Below, piece by piece: positions 10,023 to 20,249 of a stretch of 64,000 bases of DNA. The translations under genes were made by a program, and so were the position numbers. The notes beneath the pieces were generated by a model. It searched no databases and was not told where the DNA came from. It worked only from the letters and a program-made list of their open reading frames with translations. Positions within the stretch are counted from its first letter, which is position 1. Every line of letters starts with the position of its first letter. Origin of the DNA: Rhodothermales bacterium (GTDB lineage: Bacteria > Bacteroidota > Rhodothermia > Rhodothermales > Bin80); assembly GCA_965215475.1 (NCBI GenBank), contig OZ244061.1:3112307-3176306 (forward strand). Direction: 5' to 3'.

Positions 10023-12278
10023 TCAGTCAAAGTTAATTTTGAGTCCGGCAATCGGTACAATGGGGAGTTGGTAGTTACGAGAAGCGGTAAAGAGATCCAA
10101 GGCAAACAGGTTACGCCGATTATAAGCGTTGATCACTCCAATCTGTGCGGTAAGCATGAATGTATCATAGGAGAATTCACGCTCGATAGAAAGATCTAAT
10201 CGGTGATAGGTGGGAAGAATGCCCCCAAAAGGGCGGCCATAGATGACGCGCTGATTGTCAGGTACGGAAAACAGATCTTTGATCCCATCAAGCAAAAGGA
10301 AGCCATCAAATCCATATACATGATTGAAGGGGCGGCCGCTCCCAAAATTCCATCGTGCACTGAGATCATAGTTCGCAATCCGGGTCGTTGCAACGAGATT
10401 TAGTTGATGCCGACGGTCATGGGGAGGGCGAAAATCAAGATTATCACTGCCAAACCATAACTCGGCCGAGGGTTGTTTAGAGGTATAGCGTACACTGGAA
10501 AGTCCATAGTTGATATATCCATAAAATTTTTGGCGACGGACTTCAGTTCGTAGCTCTACCCCCATCGCTTTGCCATCCGCTCTCTGAAGCAGAGACGTAA
10601 ATCGTGGGAATGCAGTCCACTCCGCGATGAATAGATCTTGCAACTGTTTGTAATAGGTCTCCACGGACAATTCCAGCCATGGGTAAGGACTGGTTCGATA
10701 GCCGGCAAGAGCATGAATGGAACGGGAAAGATCTTCAACCGGCGCACTGCGCCAGGAGGTAAAGATGTTGGTGGCATCACGCCGGTCGCTCAATCCAAAA
10801 ATTTCTTGATGATACCAGCCCGCTCCTATACTTACTTCATGTTCTTTGTGTTGCCAGATTGTCCGAAAGCGAGCTTCCAAGTTACTACGTCCAGAGAGTT
10901 GCCCTGGAAATAATTCTGCGATTGCAGTCAGGCGAGTTCGGAGTTTAGAGGTGATATAGAAATCCGGCTCCAGATAAAGTCCGGTCTTGTGGCGCCGGCT
11001 CATGCCGACATCCAAGTTCTGAAATAACCCGCCCAAGTGTGCAGTGACCTGCGGAGCACGCCAATAGAGACCCCATTTCCACTGAGTTCGTTCATAAAAG
11101 CTGTTCATATGGACCGAATACTGAAATCCAGAGATTCTGGACCAGCGAACCGGGTCCTCGGTCGGCCCTTGAGTGGTCTCTAAAAAGGAGTAGGAAAGTT
11201 GGATTTCTGCGACGAAGGGAAGTGCTCGGGGCAGCACCACATAGCGCATGCCTACAGCTGCATTTTTCCAGCCAACTTCTTCCAGAATTCGATCCTCAGA
11301 TTCAAGTCCGATGGTTCCCCGGTCATCCGTATAAATTCCGCTAATCGAAAGTTGGCTGTTCGAACCGATTTGCCCGTGGACTTTCAGGAATGCATCTCCA
11401 AAGGTGTATGGCATATCCTGAGCTACGTAATGCTGCGCAATTTGCTTGATCACGGATTGTCGTGCTGAAGCCAGGAAGGAAAGCTTGTTATAAATGAGTG
11501 GTCCTTCGATCTGAGCAGAACTGACGAACGGAGCTATGGACGCAGCACCGCTATAATTTCGCTTATCTCCATTCCGAGATTTGATGTCAATCACGGATGA
11601 GATACGTCCAGTGAACGGCGCTCCATATCCAGCTGTATGGATATCTGCCTGATGGATGATATCCGAAGAGAATGCAGAATAAAATCCAAGGATATGATAA
11701 GGTTGGTACACTTGCATCCCATCAATCAGGGTCATATTATGGGAAGGTTCCCCGCCTCGGATAAAGTACTGTCCCCCTCGATCTCCAAGTGTAACCACAC
11801 CAGGAAGTGTAGTCAGAAAACTTGCTAAATCTCCTGACACATCAGGAGTGGGGATCAGGTCCATATCTTTGGGGCTGATCGTTTGTAGCCCAGCGGTTAT
11901 TTGAGCAGCCCCGGTCTCGATCTCTGCTTCCACAACCATCTCTTCCAGAACCCCTAGGGAGGGCTGTAAGGCAACATTGAGGTTGCGCCTTTGGCCTGCT
12001 CGAAAGGCCAGTGTATCCGACCATGTATTATAACCAACAAATGAAAGACGGAGGATATATGTGCCAGGTGCAATTCGGGTGAGATGATAGATGCCGTCAC
12101 TATTGGTTACGCCTCCACGTAACCCTCCGGTATCGCTCTCAAGAACTACACTGACTCCCGCAAGAGCTTCAAGGTCCTCTGCATCGTTCACAAATCCTCG
12201 AATGCTTGCCGTCTGTCCGAAGGCAGGATTGGTCCAAACGGACAATACAATCAACAAGAGGAGGCTTTGACTCTTCAA
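10023..12278 (-). CDS. TonB-dependent receptor with N-terminal carboxypeptidase-regulatory-like domain
   Basis: Signal peptide, CarboxypepD_reg-like N-terminus (IRGFVNDAEDLEALAGVSVVL..TNSDGIYHL), plug (IRGGEPSHNMTLIDGMQVY) and a beta-barrel ending ..GLKINFD. Confidence 0.85.
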   Translation of the reverse strand: MKSQSLLLLIVLSVWTNPAFGQTASIRGFVNDAEDLEALAGVSVVLESDTGGLRGGVTNSDGIYHLTRIAPGTYILRLSFVGYNTWSDTLAFRAGQRRNLNVALQPSLGVLEEMVVEAEIETGAAQITAGLQTISPKDMDLIPTPDVSGDLASFLTTLPGVVTLGDRGGQYFIRGGEPSHNMTLIDGMQVYQPYHILGFYSAFSSDIIHQADIHTAGYGAPFTGRISSVIDIKSRNGDKRNYSGAASIAPFVSSAQIEGPLIYNKLSFLASARQSVIKQIAQHYVAQDMPYTFGDAFLKVHGQIGSNSQLSISGIYTDDRGTIGLESEDRILEEVGWKNAAVGMRYVVLPRALPFVAEIQLSYSFLETTQGPTEDPVRWSRISGFQYSVHMNSFYERTQWKWGLYWRAPQVTAHLGGLFQNLDVGMSRRHKTGLYLEPDFYITSKLRTRLTAIAELFPGQLSGRSNLEARFRTIWQHKEHEVSIGAGWYHQEIFGLSDRRDATNIFTSWRSAPVEDLSRSIHALAGYRTSPYPWLELSVETYYKQLQDLFIAEWTAFPRFTSLLQRADGKAMGVELRTEVRRQKFYGYINYGLSSVRYTSKQPSAELWFGSDNLDFRPPHDRRHQLNLVATTRIANYDLSARWNFGSGRPFNHVYGFDGFLLLDGIKDLFSVPDNQRVIYGRPFGGILPTYHRLDLSIEREFSYDTFMLTAQIGVINAYNRRNLFALDLFTASRNYQLPIVPIAGLKINFD

Positions 12279-12934
12279 GGTTTGGGACCAAGATGGCTAT
12301 AGATAAGAGCAAAGGAAAGATAAGATACTTAGAGTTAGCCAGAACGCTTTTGGGCAGAGATAGTATCGTTCTAGCGAAAGCGGGGGAGATGTGCTACCAA
12401 TATTTTATTGGGGCGCAATCTGGTATTTATGACTTCGTGCATTGCAAAGTTTCATGAGGAAAGCCATCCGAAGTCGTTAATCACCCTACTATGTGCGCTT
12501 CCCATTTAAAATATTAGTTGTCGCGAAGAGAGGTTTAATTGATTTTAAGCAACTATCGTGGAGGAGAATCGTTGGTTGAAGGGCGTGCGATTACTCCGGG
12601 TAAGCGTTCATTAATTGCAAGAGCAAGTTCAATGCCGTGGTTACGTGTATAATGAAGTCATTCATCGTGTCCCAAAAACCCTAGATTCATACCGATGTGG
12701 TGTCTAAAACGTCAAGGGAAATCACTTGATCAAGTCGCAACCGTGATCTATCCTTGAACCACTCACAAACGGCTTCAAATTGTGGGATGCTTCTCTGACA
12801 GGTGTAGCAATGGGGGGTAACCATAACGGATGGAATCCCATTACTCTTTGGTCGTGAAATGTCGATACAGGAGCCATGTAGATAGAAAGGCGACCAGAAA
12901 AATGGTCGCAGGCACTACAATGCCCCATAATAGA

Positions 12935-13060
12935 TTAAACTCCTCCATCCCGATGGTTTTGATTATGTTTACGCCAGGCACGATAGGCAAGTATAAGCCC
13001 CAAGAAAGAGGCGATGTATGCGATGGTCATGCCAATGACCGTAGCTAGTGCTTGGTTCAT
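12935..13060 (-). CDS. possible 41-aa single-TM peptide (MNQALATVIGMTIAYIASFLGLILAYRAWRKHNQNHRDGGV)
   Basis: Hand translation. It is not in the ORF track because it is under 60 aa. Its ATG overlaps the stop of the upstream ORF as ATGA (13057-13060). Confidence 0.3.
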   Translation of the reverse strand: MNQALATVIGMTIAYIASFLGLILAYRAWRKHNQNHRDGGV

Positions 13061-13359
13061 GATGCTTTTTTGTCAACTGATTTCCAACGAACTTTTGCTT
13101 CCAGCTCATGCAAATATCCCTGCTGTTTTGTTTCGTACTCTTTGGAAATGGCCCGGAGCTTTGGGTCAATCACAAGATGCAGAAACACGGTCATTACAAT
13201 CCCGATGGCCAGCATGATATATCCGGACATCTGCAAGAGGATGGATAATGCGGCACCGATTGTGATCAGTACATAGCATAAAGGGGAGAGGACAATCGCG
13301 ATCCAGTCCTCTTTGGTCCATTCGTCGGCTTCATCCGCCGACCATTTTCGTCGAATCAT
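13057..13359 (-). CDS. small 2-TM membrane protein coupled to the symporter
   Basis: 100 aa with two hydrophobic helices. ATGA overlap with the upstream SSS gene (13356-13359). Confidence 0.5.
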   Translation of the reverse strand: MIRRKWSADEADEWTKEDWIAIVLSPLCYVLITIGAALSILLQMSGYIMLAIGIVMTVFLHLVIDPKLRAISKEYETKQQGYLHELEAKVRWKSVDKKAS

Positions 13360-14996
13360 GAGTGATCAGGGTATGTATCGGCGGGACGACTAGCTTCTTC
13401 AGCACCGGGGACTGTTTCCCCATTGGCCATGATCAGGCCGCGGCGCAGGGCTTCTTTTCGAACAGGGCCCCACCATCCGATGGGGCGTGACATCACATAG
13501 TAATGGACAAGATGCTCCATGGGTTCAGATTTGGTAAGCAGGGTGACCGGGAAATATACCATTGCCCCGAGAATCATCAGAATCCAGAACTGCTGATAGT
13601 CCAATAATTGAGGAATGAGGTTCAATTCCGGTAGGATCCATACCACAAGCCAGCTAAATCCCAGATTCGCGATCCAGGATGATAGGTACCCCCAGGCATT
13701 AAAGCGCCACCAGATAACCTGCAGAATGTTGGGTAACCAGATCCCTGCGGCCATGATCCAAAGTGCAAAAATGAGCCAAGAGGTAATATCCTCCATGATC
13801 AGGCCGTAGAAAAAAGATCCAAGCAACAAGATTCCGGTGGAGATTCGGCCAATCTGGACAAGACGTTTTTGGCTTGCTTTGGGGTTAACATAATGTTGAT
13901 AGAGATCGCGTGTCGCATAGAGTGCACCAAGATTGAGGTGCGACGAGATGGTAGATAGGTGGATTGCCAAGATCGCTGCAAAGAAGAATCCGAGCATCCC
14001 GGCTGGCAGGTAGTCAAATCCGAGACGAAACCAACCCATCTCATATTGACTCTGTTCCGTGATTCCTGGAAAGAGAACGAAAAAGGCTAGAATGGCTACG
14101 GCCCATACGGAATTGCGGATCAAACCAATAATGGTCCCCCACCATATGCTGTAGCTTGCGTCCCGTACGGTTTTTGCGGATTGAATACGCTGTGCTTCTA
14201 CATACCAGTCAATCGTGGTGCCCATACCAAAGCCACCCAGGAAGGCAATGAGCATCATCGTTATGAACCAGGCGATGGGAAAATCGCCAGACCACCATCC
14301 TGTGAAAGCAAACGGATTAATTCGATCCAATTCACCAAGGATTTCGAGTTTCTCAAGAATGCCATTTGGTCCACCTGCAGTATGGATTCCCCAAACGGAG
14401 ACGATAATGATGACCAGGAATGCGATGATTCCTTGCTGAAAATCTGCCATCACGACTCCCCAATACCCGGAGGCCAGAACATAGACCGCACAAACCAATG
14501 AGAATACAATCAACCCAATCCAGGTTGGCCATGCAAACAGGTATTCACATACGCGTCCCATGGCAATCCCAACCCACCCCAAGACGAACATATTCATAAA
14601 AAACTGCCATCCGGCCATCCAGCCTCGCAGGAGCTCACTACCGAGACCGGTGAATCGTACCACATTCCACTCGGCCTGCGTGTAAGCCAAGGAGCGACGA
14701 AATATTCGTGTCGACACAAATGCGCTAATAGCCGCCCAGCCGCAAAAAAATGTATACCATATGCCGGCCATCCCATTCTTGTAGATCACTCCCGTGATCC
14801 ACATGGGGGTATCGGTAGCGGTGTGTGTTGCATATACGCTACTAGCTGGTAGCCACCAAGGAAGGCCTCTTCCAGCCAGAAAAAAGTCAGATTCAGAACG
14901 CTTACCTAGTCGATAGAACAAGATGCCACTGCCGACCATCAAGAGCAGGAATAACCCGACCCAGAGCCAATCTAGAAACGTGAACGTAACAGTCAT
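13356..14996 (-). CDS. sodium:solute symporter family transporter
   Basis: 546 aa, polytopic, with an SSS-like N-terminus (..FFLAGRGLPWW..). Confidence 0.8.
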   Translation of the reverse strand: MTVTFTFLDWLWVGLFLLLMVGSGILFYRLGKRSESDFFLAGRGLPWWLPASSVYATHTATDTPMWITGVIYKNGMAGIWYTFFCGWAAISAFVSTRIFRRSLAYTQAEWNVVRFTGLGSELLRGWMAGWQFFMNMFVLGWVGIAMGRVCEYLFAWPTWIGLIVFSLVCAVYVLASGYWGVVMADFQQGIIAFLVIIIVSVWGIHTAGGPNGILEKLEILGELDRINPFAFTGWWSGDFPIAWFITMMLIAFLGGFGMGTTIDWYVEAQRIQSAKTVRDASYSIWWGTIIGLIRNSVWAVAILAFFVLFPGITEQSQYEMGWFRLGFDYLPAGMLGFFFAAILAIHLSTISSHLNLGALYATRDLYQHYVNPKASQKRLVQIGRISTGILLLGSFFYGLIMEDITSWLIFALWIMAAGIWLPNILQVIWWRFNAWGYLSSWIANLGFSWLVVWILPELNLIPQLLDYQQFWILMILGAMVYFPVTLLTKSEPMEHLVHYYVMSRPIGWWGPVRKEALRRGLIMANGETVPGAEEASRPADTYPDHS

Positions 14997-15052
14997 AAAA
15001 GAGGGTAAATCACCTAAGTCCTATTAAGAATAAGAAAATGGGCATTATATAT

Positions 15053-16278
15053 CTAATTACGCAAGTGATCAGATTCGGATTGACGCTTCCATGCCTGTGC
15101 CTCTGCGAACAGAGGTCTTATGTAGGCTCCACGCCCCTTCAAGGACGCCAACCCAGACGCCCGGATATTGAATGCAGCATTCACGTCTGCATTCTCTTGA
15201 TGAGTACAGGACTGACACCGAAACTTACTTTGTGTCAACCGATTCTCCTTGCTTACATGTCCACACTTGGAACACGTCTGGCTGGTATAGGCAGGATTCA
15301 CTTTGACCACTACCCCATGCTCACGTAGATACGGTTCCAACTGCCCCAGTCCGTACGGCGGTGGAGTCCTGCTTTCTGCCTCACATTCTTCCCGGGCTTA
15401 TCCACCGTCCCCTTGGCACTTGCGGTCATATTCTTGGTGTTCAAATCTTCCAGCAAGATGAGATCCGATTGAATACGGATTCCCTTTGCAATGTGTCGTA
15501 GATCGTTCTTCCTTATGGTTGCCATTTCATGGCAATGTCGATGGATCGTTTTCAATAATCGTTGATACCTCTGACGACCCCGCTTCCGCTTGGTAAGCCT
15601 CCGTTGGAGTTTCTTGACTCGTTTCTGTGTGTGAGAGGGGGCGGTCAAATACCAAATCTTTCCGGTACGATCTGCTACTTGCCCCACGTTCCGATCCACC
15701 CCGATCCCCTTGCCATCGGTTATTATCTCCACGGCATCGACCTCAAACACAATACTCATATACCACTTCCCACGCTCCTCAAAGATACGCCCACACTTGG
15801 CTTGAGGATTCGAATATCGATTCACTCGTTGCCAGTCCATCAACTTGACTCGCATTCCACGCTTCAAACGGACATATCCGTTCTTTGAAAGGCGGGGATC
15901 AAGATCAATGGCAAAGGACGTTTTCGCCCTGCCCTTCTTCTTGAACCTCGGGTACGCCCTGGTCTTCTTGAAGAACTGTTTGAAGGCGTTCGAGACCTCC
16001 TTTACTCCAGTTCGGGTCAAGACCGCTGGATACTCCTTCAACCACTCGGCTTCTTCCTTATACCATTTACAAAGAGAGAAACAGGAGGACTCGGATGTAC
16101 CGGTTTCCTCGTGCTGTTTTTTCAGATGTGCCACAGCAGTATTCCAGAGATATCGGTTTGCTCCTGCAAGTTCATTCAGGAATGGATAGATTTTCTTGTT
16201 TCCTCGGATTCGAAAACGAATCGTTACTTGCGAGCGTGAACCATCTGTGCCTTCTTTCTTTAAATCCCTTACGGACAT
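15053..16278 (-). pseudogene. tnpB: tnpB (RNA-guided RuvC nuclease) split by one frameshift
   Basis: RuvC motifs IGVDRNVG (D), LLEDLN (E) and DVNAAFNI (D). Zinc ribbon CSKCGH..CQSC. Frame changes within ..KAGLHRRTDWG/ GLGQLEPYLREHGVVVKVNPAYTSQ at the C4 run near 15344-15347. The likely real start is MSVRDLKK.. at 16278, not the track start at 16383. Confidence 0.75.
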
Positions 16279-16307
16279 GGTATCAATCCATCTGATATTA
16301 TGGTAAG

Positions 16308-16337
16308 CAATAGGTTGGACTGCAATCCAACCTATTG
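16308..16337. repeat. perfect 12-bp stem / 6-nt loop hairpin (caataggttgga-ctgcaa-tccaacctattg); candidate IS605-family left-end hairpin
   Basis: Read directly from the sequence. It lies just upstream of the probable tnpB start. Confidence 0.55.
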
Positions 16338-16410
16338 GATCCGTATGCTCGGAAACGTCAATAAAGTTTGACATGCGTGACATTCTATATAATCCCCAAG
16401 AAAATCATCA

Positions 16411-17580
16411 TTAATTCGAATTCTTCGGCCACTTCTGGAGTAGTTTCCAGCAAAGCCATAAAGCACGAGGCACATGGAAACAGCCTTTATAGGGGCCTCC
16501 CTTAAAGCGATGGGTAACCTGACCTTCGCGGTTACAGTATCCATACCATTCGCCATATTTTGAATCGATGAAGTGTTTGGAGATATAGTGATGAATCTTG
16601 TGAAAGGAGGTTAGATCCGTAGGGTCGCCTGTATGCGCATAGTTGAGTAGGTGTGCATAGAGGGCTTCGGAATGCGGCCACCATAGTTTCATGGACCATT
16701 CCAGTTGAACCGGACTGAATCCATCTACGTCTATAAAGTAATAGAGTCCTCCGTGCTGCTGATCCCATCCAAAAGCTTGGGCATTTCGGATCATATTCTG
16801 GGAGAGTTCAACGATCTCTGCTTCTTCAGTCTGTGAGGCAATGTGTTGAAGAAACCACCCGGCCTCAATCACATGTCCAGGATTCATCAGGCGCCCATCA
16901 GGCCCGTCGAGGCGGCTACCATCTGGAGCGACAAATTCAAACGTATGCTGACCGTGCACATGCAGTCGGATACGATGGAAACAGTCCTTAATTTCGGACG
17001 AGCAGTCTGTGTCAACCATAACTTCATCAATCAGGTTGAGCAGCATCATGGGCACGGCGAGCATTTGGGCAGGCTTTGCACCCGAAAGGGCAGGGCGCCC
17101 CACCTTGGACCAGTCGTAGGCCCAATCCCAAATTTGCTCTACCATAAGCTTTGATTCTTTGATGTATCCCACATGATCAATTGCACGGCCGTACTCTGAC
17201 AACGCCATCGCATAGAAGCATTCGGTAAAGATTTTGCGCTGCTGATAAATAGGTCTCCCGTCTTGGGAAAGAGAAAAATATACACGTCCATCTGGTCTCA
17301 GGGCATGGCTCATCAAGAAATTCATGCCACTTTCCGCGATGGAGAGCCAGGATGGACGAGCTTCAACCAAGCGATACAACTTGCTAAACATCCAGACCTG
17401 TCGTGCTTGCAACCAGATATGCTTAGTCGTATCATAAACTGTACCATCTCGATCCAGGTTATTAAAGTATCCGCCATGGGTGGGATCAGGGGAATGTGAC
17501 TCCCAGAACGGAAGCACTCTCTCAAACAGTTCCTGTTCGTAAGATTGTCGTAGATGCTCTCTTTCTTGCTTGGTCATCAA
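16411..17580 (-). CDS. N-acylglucosamine 2-epimerase (AGE/renin-binding protein) family
   Basis: HIWLQARQVWMFSKLY resembles the AGE block KFIWVQGRQVWMY. The length (389 aa) and alpha/alpha-barrel repeat pattern also fit. Confidence 0.75.
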   Translation of the reverse strand: MMTKQEREHLRQSYEQELFERVLPFWESHSPDPTHGGYFNNLDRDGTVYDTTKHIWLQARQVWMFSKLYRLVEARPSWLSIAESGMNFLMSHALRPDGRVYFSLSQDGRPIYQQRKIFTECFYAMALSEYGRAIDHVGYIKESKLMVEQIWDWAYDWSKVGRPALSGAKPAQMLAVPMMLLNLIDEVMVDTDCSSEIKDCFHRIRLHVHGQHTFEFVAPDGSRLDGPDGRLMNPGHVIEAGWFLQHIASQTEEAEIVELSQNMIRNAQAFGWDQQHGGLYYFIDVDGFSPVQLEWSMKLWWPHSEALYAHLLNYAHTGDPTDLTSFHKIHHYISKHFIDSKYGEWYGYCNREGQVTHRFKGGPYKGCFHVPRALWLCWKLLQKWPKNSN

Positions 17581-17658
17581 CCGGGATATGGAAATGATCT
17601 CATTATTTCCTAATTTAGTGATCTTAACACTGGCGCAACCATACTTTATTCATACATC

Positions 17659-18591
17659 ATGACCAATCGGCGTAAATTTTTACAAACCGCGGCAATCGCT
17701 GCAACCGGATTGTCGGCAGCTTCCGTAACGGCGTCTAATCCTGTGAAAGCTAAACAACGGCCAAATCCAATCGGAGTATCCACCTATTCCTTTTGGCGAT
17801 TTAATGGACCAAAGGAAGACTATCCGATCGAGACATGCATTGATCAGGCAGCAGCTATGGGATTCGACGGGATAGAACTGCTCCATATGCAGATGGCCTC
17901 GGAGGAGCCAGATTATTTACAGGGGCTGAAGCGTCGGGCTTTTGTGAATGGATTGGATCTGATGGGGTTCTCGACCCACCAAGGGTTTGTATCTCCGGAT
18001 ATAGACGAGAGGCAACATAATATCAACGAAACGATTCGGCAGATTGAACTCTGCTATGAGCTTGGAATCCCGACAATGCGTCTGAATACGGGAAGATGGG
18101 GGACATCTGAATCATTCACGGCACTGATGGATAATCGCGGAATTGAACCGCCATTAGAGGGCTATACCGATGAAGAAGCGTTTGTCTGGGTGATTGATGC
18201 GGTCGAACGTTTAATTTCTAAGGCCAGACAGTGTGGAGTACTCCTCGGGTTGGAGAACCACTGGGGGCTTGGACGTACCCCAGAGGGAGTTCTCAGGATC
18301 GTTGAAGCGGTTGATTCTCCATGGCTGAAGGTGACGTTGGATACAGGAAATTTTCTGGAAGACCCGTATGATAAACTGGAGATGCTGGCACCGCATACCG
18401 TTTTGATGCAGGCCAAGACCTATTATGGAGGCGGAACCTGGTATACATTGGATCTAGACTATCAGCGCATTGCAGAAATCATGCGTCGACACAATTATAC
18501 CGGGTACGTCTCGCTGGAGTTTGAAGGTAAGGAGAGTGAGCAAACAGCAATCCCCAAAAGCTTGGAACTGCTCCGAAACTCATTCAGTTGA
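17659..18591 (+). CDS. xylose-isomerase-like TIM-barrel protein (sugar phosphate isomerase/epimerase), Tat-exported
   Basis: Twin-arginine signal MTNRRKFLQTAAIAATGL. LGLENHWG and TLDTGNF blocks are typical of the AP_endonuc_2 family. Confidence 0.75.
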   Translation: MTNRRKFLQTAAIAATGLSAASVTASNPVKAKQRPNPIGVSTYSFWRFNGPKEDYPIETCIDQAAAMGFDGIELLHMQMASEEPDYLQGLKRRAFVNGLDLMGFSTHQGFVSPDIDERQHNINETIRQIELCYELGIPTMRLNTGRWGTSESFTALMDNRGIEPPLEGYTDEEAFVWVIDAVERLISKARQCGVLLGLENHWGLGRTPEGVLRIVEAVDSPWLKVTLDTGNFLEDPYDKLEMLAPHTVLMQAKTYYGGGTWYTLDLDYQRIAEIMRRHNYTGYVSLEFEGKESEQTAIPKSLELLRNSFS

Positions 18592-18597
18592 TGATTG

Positions 18598-18613
18598 AGG
18601 CGAAAGAGCCTCA
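18598..18613 (+). terminator. weak hairpin (gaggc-gaaaga-gcctc) just after the stop codon
   Basis: Stem seen in the sequence. Only a short A/T-rich tail follows. Confidence 0.25.
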
Positions 18614-18856
18614 TATATTCAACGATACGGGGTATGCGTAGCCTAAAGCGACAACATCACCGGAGGAGTGCCAACGAATATGCATTCTTCCGTAGGATGA
18701 GGGCATAAAGACAGCCGTGCTCCCCAGAACCTGAGAATCAACCAGGGGGGACTTGAAAATAACTTCGGCCAGTAGTAATCACTACTACTATGCGAAGCTA
18801 GGACTCCCTTGCCTGTCAGAAATAATTAGGACAAGGGAAACGGATAAAGCGGATCC

Positions 18857-19069
18857 CTAGATAGGATCAACACTTTGTGCTTGGAACCCTTTGTCTCCCT
18901 GGGTTACGGCAAATTCTACCCGTTGGCCTTCATCCAAGGACTTGTAGCCCTCCTTGTTAACCTCGGAGTAGTGAACGAACACATCTTTTTCTCCACTATC
19001 ACGCTGAATAAAACCATAGCCTTTCTCAGCGTTGAACCATTTGACTGTGCCTTGTTCTCGATCTTGCAT
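18857..19069 (-). CDS. cold-shock protein (CspA family)
   Basis: [15 protein letters not shown] (RNP1) and DVFVHYS (RNP2). 70 aa. Confidence 0.95.
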   Translation of the reverse strand: MQDREQGTVKWFNAEKGYGFIQRDSGEKDVFVHYSEVNKEGYKSLDEGQRVEFAVTQGDKGFQAQSVDPI

Positions 19070-19247
19070 TTACACGGTGTCTTGCGACGTTTAATAAGTT
19101 GAAACTAAAACTAACGAATGATTGAACGATCCAGTTAGGAGCTCAATCAGTTAAGGGTTATACGCTGTTTGATCAAAAGGATGCAAAAACTTTGTGTGTT
19201 TGATGAAAATAATTTATGAAGAATGGATGATTTTTGCTGCCGTTAAT

Positions 19248-20249
19248 TTAACCCGCTTCCTGCAGGCAAGGTTCGGGAGGGAGTTGGCACTCTGGGATAT
19301 TTGCAGGAGCGAGCGGGCATGGCCCCGCCGTACGGTAACCGATATTACGTTGAAGTTCTAAGGTTGGGATCCAAGCAGTGACGACCGTATATCCTCCTCC
19401 AAAGAATCCATACCCATTGACTACATTCGAAAACGTGCCCGGCTCAATCAATAGATTTGGATCGAAAGATTGATCAGGAGAGGCCCACTGCTCATCTGCC
19501 GCTAAAAATCGAAGGTGAATTCGGCGGAGTGCAATATGATCACGAGACAGACAATTGATTTCAAATTGTTCTTGAACCAGAGCAAAATCCTCACGGAGAT
19601 TTACCTCGAAGCGCCAGCCATCATCCAGAGGTTCTTCTTTTCCGGAATAGGATACCTCCACAGGGAGGCGAACGGCTGGTGGATTGGTGGATCCTGGAGG
19701 CCATGGGTTTGCAGGGGGTAACGTAATGGCGTCATACGTTACTGCTATATCGACCAGGTTTGGTGGTTTTCCTTTTATATGTACGGGAACGATCGAGCGG
19801 GTCCTCTCATCAATGAGCTCTACCTCAACCGGGGGTGGGATGGTTACTTCTGCACTGGATTCTACTCCATCGGAGCGCCGAACAGAAAGGCGGTAACGAT
19901 GTTCATATTGAGCCTCGAATTCTGCCTCAAACAAATACCCGCCAACACTGTCTTTCGCCGTGCCGCCGCAACAGGCTTCGTCAATGTGTACCCATGTATG
20001 TGTCTCACCAGTCGTCAGATTGGTAGAGGTTACCGTGGCATCAATAGGCGCCGAAGGGTCAGCGATCAATTGGTCTCGAATCGGAAATACCCGGACTCGC
20101 TGAATCTTTGCATGGGCATCCATGTAGCCCCATAACGTATATGGTCGGTCTTCGCCGATAATCGGATCAATTGACTGATCGCACCCACTCAAAGCGACTG
20201 CAAGGATCACCAGGAATGCCGTGTAAAGGGAATGAATACGGGGCATCAA
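19248..20249 (-). CDS. DUF4249-like lipoprotein (TBDR partner, second copy)
   Basis: Lipobox ..ALSGC. C-terminal FSNVVNGYGFFGGG. ATGA-type 4-nt overlap with the upstream TBDR. Confidence 0.6.
   Translation of the reverse strand: MMPRIHSLYTAFLVILAVALSGCDQSIDPIIGEDRPYTLWGYMDAHAKIQRVRVFPIRDQLIADPSAPIDATVTSTNLTTGETHTWVHIDEACCGGTAKDSVGGYLFEAEFEAQYEHRYRLSVRRSDGVESSAEVTIPPPVEVELIDERTRSIVPVHIKGKPPNLVDIAVTYDAITLPPANPWPPGSTNPPAVRLPVEVSYSGKEEPLDDGWRFEVNLREDFALVQEQFEINCLSRDHIALRRIHLRFLAADEQWASPDQSFDPNLLIEPGTFSNVVNGYGFFGGGYTVVTAWIPTLELQRNIGYRTAGPCPLAPANIPECQLPPEPCLQEAG

Larger units (their letters stand above)
14997..16410 (-). mobile_element. IS200/IS605-family (IS1341-type) TnpB-only element, decayed
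   Basis: A TnpB ORF pair fills the gap between two unrelated core genes. A subterminal hairpin sits at the 5' side. No tnpA is present. Confidence 0.65.

Noticed and set aside
12279-12720. Possible riboswitch (cobalamin or TPP) in the long leader upstream of the first TBDR
   Set aside because: I found no B12 box (gccactg, or cagtggc on the + strand) and no TPP core (ctgaga...). A covariance-model scan is needed before any claim.
16279-16383. N-terminal 35-aa extension of the tnpB ORF in the track
   Set aside because: It contains the perfect hairpin typical of the transposon end. TnpB homology begins at ..IRFRIRGNKKIYPFLNELAG.., a few residues after the internal Met at 16278.
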